A DNA stretch of 15,250 bases from Pseudomonadota bacterium (lineage in GTDB: Bacteria; Bdellovibrionota; FAC87; UBA2466). Where the stretch lies: positions 1-15,250 of the forward strand of contig JAYUGC010000055.1 in the NCBI GenBank assembly GCA_043767805.1, read 5' to 3'. Positions 14,855 through 15,250 of this stretch are shown here, piece after piece. The position numbers and the translations under genes were made by a program. The stretch's first letter is position 1, and the number at the start of each line of letters is the position of its first letter. Under the pieces are notes generated by a model. It was not told the origin of the DNA. It did no database searches and worked only from the letters and a program-made list of their open reading frames with translations.

Positions 14855-15250
14855 ATGGCGAAGAAGACTTCTAGACCTAACTTAGAGAACGAACCGAAGA
14901 AGCTTGCCGCGAAAAAAACGCCGGCCAAGACGAAGGCCCCTGCCGATGTCCAAGCTGGAGCCGCGAAAGGTTCTGAAACCAAAGCGAAAAAGGTTAAAAA
15001 GCCTGGTTCGGTGAGCGGCAAGCGTGCTCCCCTGGCGCCCAAAACCTTCTTCGCCCCCTGGGGAACGAACTGCAGCAAGTGGAAGATCATCGATGCGACG
15101 GGGCTCACCCTCGGCCGTATCAGCTCCCACGTGGCGCACCTTCTGATGGGCAAGCACATGCCCCAGTACACCCGCCACGCGGCGACTGGTGACTCGGTCA
15201 TCATCATCAACGCGGCCAAGGTCGTGGTGACGGGTAAAAAGCTCACAGAC
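14855..15250 (+). CDS. rplM: 50S ribosomal protein L13 with N-terminal extension (3' end beyond the window)
   Basis: Manual translation gives ...[70 protein letters not shown], the uL13 signature. The frame is open from ATG 14855 to the window end. It is absent from the ORF track. Confidence 0.93.
   Translation, partial: MAKKTSRPNLENEPKKLAAKKTPAKTKAPADVQAGAAKGSETKAKKVKKPGSVSGKRAPLAPKTFFAPWGTNCSKWKIIDATGLTLGRISSHVAHLLMGKHMPQYTRHAATGDSVIIINAAKVVVTGKKLTD

Noticed and set aside
14818..15246. Minus-strand ORFs 14818..15246 and 14882..15178
   Set aside because: They are antisense to rplM, which is clearly identifiable on the + strand.

Overview
GC-rich bacterial chromosomal window, mostly housekeeping genes. 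The gene style resembles Bdellovibrionota or deltaproteobacteria, but that is inference only. The minus strand carries a cystathionine beta-synthase / gamma-lyase pair (the lyase runs off the left edge and is missing from the ORF track) and a fadI-fadJ-type beta-oxidation pair. The plus strand carries a frameshifted small secreted-protein gene, purH, a GYF-like/TM/TPR membrane protein, purD, a TsaC/YciO-family protein, a DUF1015 protein, two small secreted proteins, a Cys-rich protein and the 5' part of rplM. No transposase, integrase, CRISPR array, tRNA or rRNA was seen. The least ordinary part is the ~590-bp purH-TPR spacer. It holds a ~170-nt imperfect inverted repeat, a decayed in-frame second copy of the purH 3' end and a third diverged copy of the repeat arm, together fitting an old ~330-bp tandem duplication or allele-replacement scar. 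Other points of note are an L13 with a ~61-aa Lys/Ala/Pro N-terminal extension, several apparently leaderless genes, an unannotated 48-aa signal-peptide ORF and REP-like repeats. I found no clear multi-gene novel system.
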